Positions 37,701-64,000 of a stretch of DNA of 64,000 bases are shown here, one piece after another. Every line of letters begins with the position of its first letter. Within the stretch, counting starts at the first letter, position 1. Under the pieces are notes generated by a model. The model made no database searches. It had not been told where the DNA came from and saw nothing but the letters and a program-made list of their open reading frames with translations. Position numbers and translations under genes: made by a program. Source of the DNA: Harriotta raleighana (Eukaryota); the NCBI GenBank assembly GCA_050575255.1, contig JBNZDD010013718.1, positions 6,298,334-6,362,333 on the forward strand, in the 5' to 3' direction.

Positions 37701-40244
37701 AATAAGAAATGGATGAAAAAGATAATGGAATGATGTAAAAGGCAGTTGTCAACTAATAATTGCCACAGCTTTAACATCATCTCTATATTCCTGATAAGTG
37801 GACAAGCAATCATGGACAAAATGGGTTGCTTGTGTGTTGCAAAAGCATAATTCTGTGGGCAAAATCATCTTTAATTTCATATCCAGGCGCATTTTCTGTT
37901 CCTCCCCTTGTGCCACTATGGCAGATTGTGCATATACTGAGGATGGTCAGTTTGTGCAAAAGTGGAATTGATGCTGAGTAGCTTTCTCGCTCTTCTTAAT
38001 ACCCCTTAAAAAATATGGCCAATGAAACGGGTATCTAAGGTGAGAGCTGGGCACATTCCCTAACAAAATGAACACAGTTGAGAGCTGCGCACACAATAGA
38101 TTTCTTAATGCGTACAGGGAATTGCAAGGTGTGGTGGCAGAATGCAGATAGCTGTTGCATTATTGCTCAACCCATTCCCTTTCACTCCCAAACCCTTTAT
38201 TTTCCTGCGTACACTGGCTGGGATGGATCTTGGGCACAATTTCACATATGTGCACTTCAAATGGTGTCACAGATTATGCCTATGTGGGTGGTGGTGGGTG
38301 GCGGGGGGGGGAGGTAGACAGGAAATGCCAACACGTCCAGAGAGCTCGTGTTGCAATTGTGCTTGTAAGGAAATAGTGGATCTTTATGCTCTCTCTTTTA
38401 TGATGCAGTGTAATACACCCATTACAGACTGCAGGAACACACCCAGCAGTTGAGGCAGTAAAGAGTCAAAGGGGAGAGTCTTGAATTTGTGTCATGATAA
38501 ATTGAGTTATAAAGATCATAATGTATTCTTTGGCAGTGTTCCATAGGAGTCTTCACTAACGGTTTTCATGCTATAAAAATTTTATTGTAAATACTGTTGT
38601 GTCTCAACCATCTGTCTACAGCTTTTAAGAGGCTTTCAAACACTTTTTAAAAAACTTTACTTTAAGACGTACAGTCAATTTGCATCTTCGGGTTTGCATG
38701 TAATTGCTGTGTTTTAACTGTTGCAAGAAATACTGGCCATTCTCGTACCCTCTTTAAAATCTTTACATTATCCCTGAGCAAAAATTTCAACTCCTTGAAC
38801 CAGCCTCGGGTTTGCTTCCTAGGTCTCCTGTCGTTTAGTTATAACTCTGGATTGTCATTCACAGCTACAGCATTCGTAAGGTGCATCTCAAAAAACTAAA
38901 CAAAATGAAAAAGTAACGATTGGTGTTTAAGCATTTCAAGCAAACAGTGGCCTCACTGCAGGATCAAGACTGGCTGCCTCACACACAAACGACCAAGTGA
39001 TCCAGTCAACATCCCTTAGCAAAATAAGAGACTGTACAAACATATGGTTTTCTTCCCTGAGGGATTAAATGTACACCCGCAAGTGCCCTATGTACATATT
39101 GCACTACAGAGGAATGAAGTAAATGTGCAAAAAGCAACAGTGATACAGGCTAGCTACTCAAAACACTTACAAATGCTTTCCTTAGACATTTCTACATTTT
39201 TGTATGTACTTTTTTTTTGGAATGTTGTTTCACAAAGAAACCACCATTTCAAGGTTAAAAGGTTTTTTCCTTGTTATCAGTTATCAGAAAAAAAACACTG
39301 ACACTATGGCACATTAGATGAAAAGATTTTGCTAGACAGAATCAGACATATTCTCGCAAGAAAATAATACCAAGCTTTTAGAAAATAACATTTCTTTCTA
39401 TCATTGTCTCGCATTACAAAAAATGTTTTCTTTTACACAAATCACATCTTTATTTTTATTTTTTTATTGCAGGAATAGTTTAAGTGCTTCCTAATATTTA
39501 TACGAGGGTTATAAAAATAGAACTCTCTCTCTAAAGTGGTCCAGACAAGGCTTTGTATATTATAAATCATTTGATTCCTTCTTCTTTGCTTGACCATAGT
39601 ATTCTTTATCTGAATCAATGACACATGACAGCTTCGAAGCAGCCACACAGACTTATGCAACTTGGGAGTGAGTTTGTAAACCAAACAAAGTGTGCTGGCA
39701 TTCTACTGTACACAAAACAAATAACCTAAAGAAACAGCAGCATCCAAAACGCCCACCTCCCCTTCATAAACGTAAATGTTAAACTTGTATTTCTTGTGCA
39801 CGTGCATTAAGAGAACTAATAAATACATGAACATAACACGTACAAATTGAAAAAAAGGTGCTTAAAAAGTAGATTCGTACATCAACATTAAAATGACATA
39901 CCAACCATTGCTAAAGGTTATTTTCAATGTTATATTCAGTGTATTTTGTCCATATACCCTGTAATACGTTTGCTCTAAATTAGCTTCTCAGCATTATAAT
40001 GCTATCGTACTTTTGTGCTCTATAGAAATTATATGCATGAGAAAAACAAGTTCAACTTCCGCTAGGAAGTTAATATTAATTAACACCCCCTCCCCCCCAC
40101 CCTACCCCACCCCAATGAAAAGTAATGTGCAGCGTGTTTGCTCTCCTGGTCTGTGCATGGGCACTGCAGTGTAGCCACGTAAAGTGTCTTCAATTTATTC
40201 AATGACTGTACTTCAAGTTTTCTGAAGTTCTCTGGTGATAAAGT
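34745..40244 (-). other. RORA: Probable long RORA 3'UTR (~5.5 kb)
   Basis: AU-rich with no recognisable SINE/LINE; distal AATAAA at 34770-34765 followed by a U/GU-rich tract (~34737-34708); long RORA 3'UTRs are known in other vertebrates. Confidence 0.65.
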
Positions 40245-61535
<21,291 letters not shown>

Positions 61536-61669
61536 TTACTTTAATGTCCCATAAAACATTCCCAAAGCAGTATTTTTACTGGACAAACTAATGATCTGCT
61601 AAACACTGGGCCACATTAAAAATTCATTGAGAAACAGCAGAGGTCTCCAAAGAGTATGGTCTAAATTTA

Positions 61670-61820
61670 AATGTTACACAAAGATCCCCTGGCACATTAA
61701 TCGAAACGAGAAGGGAGTTTCTCCTGGTATCCTGACCAGCAATTCTACGGATAAATTGGCTCAATTGATCATTCTCTTCATGGCTGTTTGTCGGAGATGA
61801 AATTGGCTGCTTATGTTGGA
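61670..61820 (+). mobile_element. Ancient DeuSINE relic
   Basis: AAAGATCCCCTGGCAC...GGGAGTTTCTCCTGGTATCCTGACCA...GCTGTTTGT...AAATTGGCTGC. Confidence 0.55.
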
Positions 61821-64000
61821 CGTGTGGCAGTGTGTGTGTTGGGGGCGGGTGGATAGGGGGAACCGAACACACAGGCAAAGAGGGATATGGTGAGGTCTGA
61901 AACAAATGAGATATAGAGTAGATTTTTCCACTACTTCTTAATGAATTTCGTAATTGAATGGATTTGCACCATGACTAAAGCACTGTATTAGGTGGACATC
62001 ATTAAATTCACACCCATCGTGTGAGTGCACGAAGGACAAAATGTAATTGCACGAGAACCAGTGATAGCACTGGCTGCTAAATGAACGTTCACACAGATGT
62101 CAGCCTCAAACTGCGGCAAACTGTCTTCCCTCAAGGGTACAAGAAGAAATAGAAAACAATGGACATCTGAGCGGGATCTCAAGGCAGTTAATCTCATCAA
62201 CGAGTTTGATTAACATTACAAACTGCGAGAATGACGTCAGTCTATAATTCGTAGCTGAAATCCCTGAAGCAGATTACTGCTACTCGCTGCCATTTTAGAA
62301 TAACAACCTGTGGAGTTTGGCAGTGGCTTAAAGTCTTGTTTTACTCTTGGCGCATGCCAGAGAGGACAGAGATGGCGAGAGCATGACACACAATGAGGCT
62401 TGCATATCTCTACTCTGAAGGGTTAATAATGGCTTGATCACCACAGCGTTACAGTGATAATATCAAGAAACATTTACAATATTTAAGGAAAGATTTCCCA
62501 TTCATCCACACTCCCGACAACTAACCTCATAGCTGCTTCACTGAACAGCGAAGAACAGGTCAAGTAGCCAATTAATACAGAATTGTCTTGGACTCAACAG
62601 CTCAAGACTCCGAACAAGGCTGCACTCTTCTCCCTAATTTTATTCTCTAGCCTGCTCTCTGACTGTTTCCGTGCTGGGGTACAGTTCTGCGACGAGTATG
62701 TCTCTCAAGTAACCAGTCTTCAATACATAAGCCAAACCCATGAGCATCCACAAGCCATGTTACCATGGGAAAGGGGAGGGGTGTCTTTCTGGCAAACCCA
62801 ATTATATCCTTACCATAAATTCACAGGCATGCATTGTCCAACAAGGCACAGGGGAATTCTTTATCTAAGAATCATGAGGCCAATTCTAGCACTGCTCCCT
62901 TGCTGAAAGCAGCTAACTCAGAACAGACCAGAGTTTAAGTTCAATGGATCAAGGCTATCCAGCCTACCAAGCCTGCTCCCCAACAGACAATCCAACCGTG
63001 AAGAGCCTCTTCATATTTACATTGTACATAACTATCTGCTGACCCTCACAGTTGAGTGAAACTCTACGATAACCATCCCATAACAAACCATTACTAAAAC
63101 AGATGGCTATATTTAAATGGACAGGTCATGATAGCCTCTTTACACCATTGGTATTATTCAAGCTTGGCCAGTTTTATTCTACAGATGACATTTCCTGGTC
63201 CCAATGGCACAGGAACAAGGTTTTTCCGTGGAGTACTTGATCATTTCTGCCTAGGTTTTTGTCTATGACCTTCAATCCTATTTCCAAACAGGTATTTATC
63301 CAGCTCATGCTTTAAGCTGCTTTTGCTGTGAGGCTGATCTATCAACTGCTCTATTAGGAGCAAAAATATTTTATTATTATTATCAGTTAAATAGCTGCTC
63401 GTGTTAACTCCACATCTCATCCTTTACCACTCCACCTCTAAGTAACAAACAGCCATAAAAAAAAACAAATGAAAATTACTTTAGAAACCTCAAAGCTATG
63501 AAATGTAATGAAAATACTTATTTTTCTCGTCCTCTTGCAGAGTGTAGATGTGCTATTCTTGACATTGCCATAAGACCAAGTATTCCATTATTTAGACACA
63601 ATCCAATGCTATCAGCTGGTCTCTACGAATGCATTCACGAAACCATACCTTTTTTTTATTGCTTCTATCCTACAAACACTAGAGATGCATGGTGACATGC
63701 ATAACTTGCAATACTTTTTCAGGAACATAATGGAATTTCTGCCGAATTCAAGAGAAGGAATTGTTTGAAATATGATGAAGCATTACAAAATTCCATTGTT
63801 TGAATTCACTTAAATTCTAGGATTCCAAAAAGTATAGCTTGGTACTAAAACTAAAAAAAATCCCTTCTCTGGAATACTGGGTTCACTAACCTCAAGTGCT
63901 CACTCAGCTGAAAACACAGTTTCCTTGTTACTTCACAAAAAGGCATAATAAGGCAAAAATATTTAAATGTAATATTTATTAAAGGACCAGCAAATATGTA

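Overview
Vertebrate genomic DNA, most likely a cartilaginous fish and probably a holocephalan (inferred from the repeat families). It carries the conserved RORA-ICE2(NARG2)-ANXA2 block with all three genes on the minus strand. RORA: 9 coding exons from the DNA-binding domain to the stop (61501-40245), with the 5' exons outside the window and a ~5.5 kb SINE-free 3'UTR. ICE2: complete, 15 coding exons (31885-13092), ~942 aa, starting in a CpG island. ANXA2: promoter, probable non-coding exon 1 and coding exons 2-7 (6001-1740); the rest lies beyond the left edge. I traced every exon by hand: all have GT-AG boundaries and a continuous reading frame. Introns are dense with a tRNA-head/Deu-box/L2-tail SINE, L2 and CR1 LINE fragments, two Tigger/pogo-like MITEs and older SINE relics. 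Most ORF-track entries are spurious. I see no clearly novel system. The best leads are: 8mer sites for all four miR-17~92 seed families in the RORA 3'UTR, gated by a proximal poly(A) cluster; a divergent ANXA2 head; an overlapping uORF in ICE2; inverted repeat pairs around ICE2 exons; modular SINE subfamilies; and candidate enhancer/CTCF elements. Human comparisons and repeat-family names are from memory, not from a search.
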